A stretch of DNA of 64,000 bases, taken from assembly GCA_951406725.2 (NCBI GenBank), contig OX597837.1, positions 35,712,001-35,776,000 of the forward strand, given 5' to 3'. The notes under the pieces were generated by a model. It saw only the letters and a list, made by a program, of their open reading frames with translations. It was not told the DNA's origin and searched no databases. Positions 63,064 to 64,000 of the stretch are shown piece after piece (position 1 is the first letter of the stretch; each line of letters starts with the position of its first letter). Made by a program: the position numbers and the translations under genes. The stretch comes from Octopus vulgaris. Lineage: Eukaryota.

Positions 63064-64000
63064 ATCTGTGTGTGTGTGTCTGTGTGTGTGTGTGCACGCA
63101 TTGTTTTGTTGTCAGATAGATATGTGAGGCTAACCTGTGACTTCCGAGGTGGAAGTGTTCTGTGAAGTGGTTCGTGTTAGGAAGGACATTCAGTTGTAGA
63201 GACCATGAGAAAACTATGACACTGGAGTGTGATCCTCTCATCCACCGGATCCTGTTCACCCATCTGACTCATATCAGATCGACTTGGAAAAATGTTCGTT
63301 TATAGCACCATACAAATGACCTCTACCTTTCTGTTATATGTGTGTGTGGGTGCATCTTTTACTTGTTTCTGCCAGTCAGATTGTGGCCATGCTGGGGCAC
63401 TGTCTTGAAGAATTTCAGTCGAATGAATTGACACCTGTACGTATTCTGTTGGTCTCTTTAACCGAACCAGAAAGGTGGGGGTGGGGAGATATGAACACAC
63501 CAACGCCAGTTGTCAAACAGTGGTGAAGGACTCACACACACGAACAGGATTCTTTCAGTTTCTGTCTACCAGATCTACTCACAAGGCTTTTGGTTGGCCT
63601 GGGGCTATAGTAGAAGACCTTTATATACATATATGTATTATCATCATCATCATCACCTAATGTCCGTCTTCCATGCTGGCTCAGGTTGGCTGGCGTAAAA
63701 AGAGCTGGCAAACCACAGGGCCATGCCAAGCTCTCTTTTGTCTGTTTTGGCATGGTTTCTACAGCTGGTGATCCTTCCTAACACCAATTACTTTACAGAG
63801 GGTACTTGGTACTTTTTTTCATGGTACCACCACTGACGGGTTCACCAAGGAACTTGCAAGACAAAAGAAAGTCCCCTCAACTTGGGAGAGTAGTATTAAG
63901 GGAGGTGGTTTCGTGTCAGTTGATGAGAGGTTAAAACAGGGCTTCTCAACCATTTTTTACCTATGGACCCCTTTGATTGTTATTTTATTCTGGTGGACAC

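Overview
Repeat-saturated, AT-rich animal DNA, most likely an Octopus genome (inferred from the SINE/LINE complement and dense AT/CA/AAT microsatellites). Only one host coding exon is well supported: 12987-13619 (+), 633 nt, phase 0-0, encoding part of a PP2A B'' regulatory subunit (PPP2R3A/PPP2R3B, PR72/PR130 family). I could not find its neighbouring exons, so the rest of the window is probably two very large introns. These contain tRNA-derived SINEs (at least three families), 3' fragments of RTE, CR1, HERO and R4/Dong-type LINEs, a non-autonomous Helitron, Tc1/mariner, pogo, piggyBac and hAT MITEs, two tRNA pseudogenes, a ~70-bp 18S rRNA fragment and several minisatellites. Almost all ORFs in the track are microsatellite or repeat artefacts. 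The strongest candidate for an undescribed system is a set of Penelope-like element (PLE) ends carrying minimal hammerhead ribozyme cores. It comprises a TSD-flanked composite at 1940-2482 (pLTR + PLE ORF N-terminus + tRNA-like Pol III head + pLTR with hammerhead), two divergent hammerheads at 41.6-41.8 kb, and several 70-200 bp fold-back hairpins, three of which hold hammerhead relics at their centres. Family names come from motif recognition by eye and were not checked against databases.
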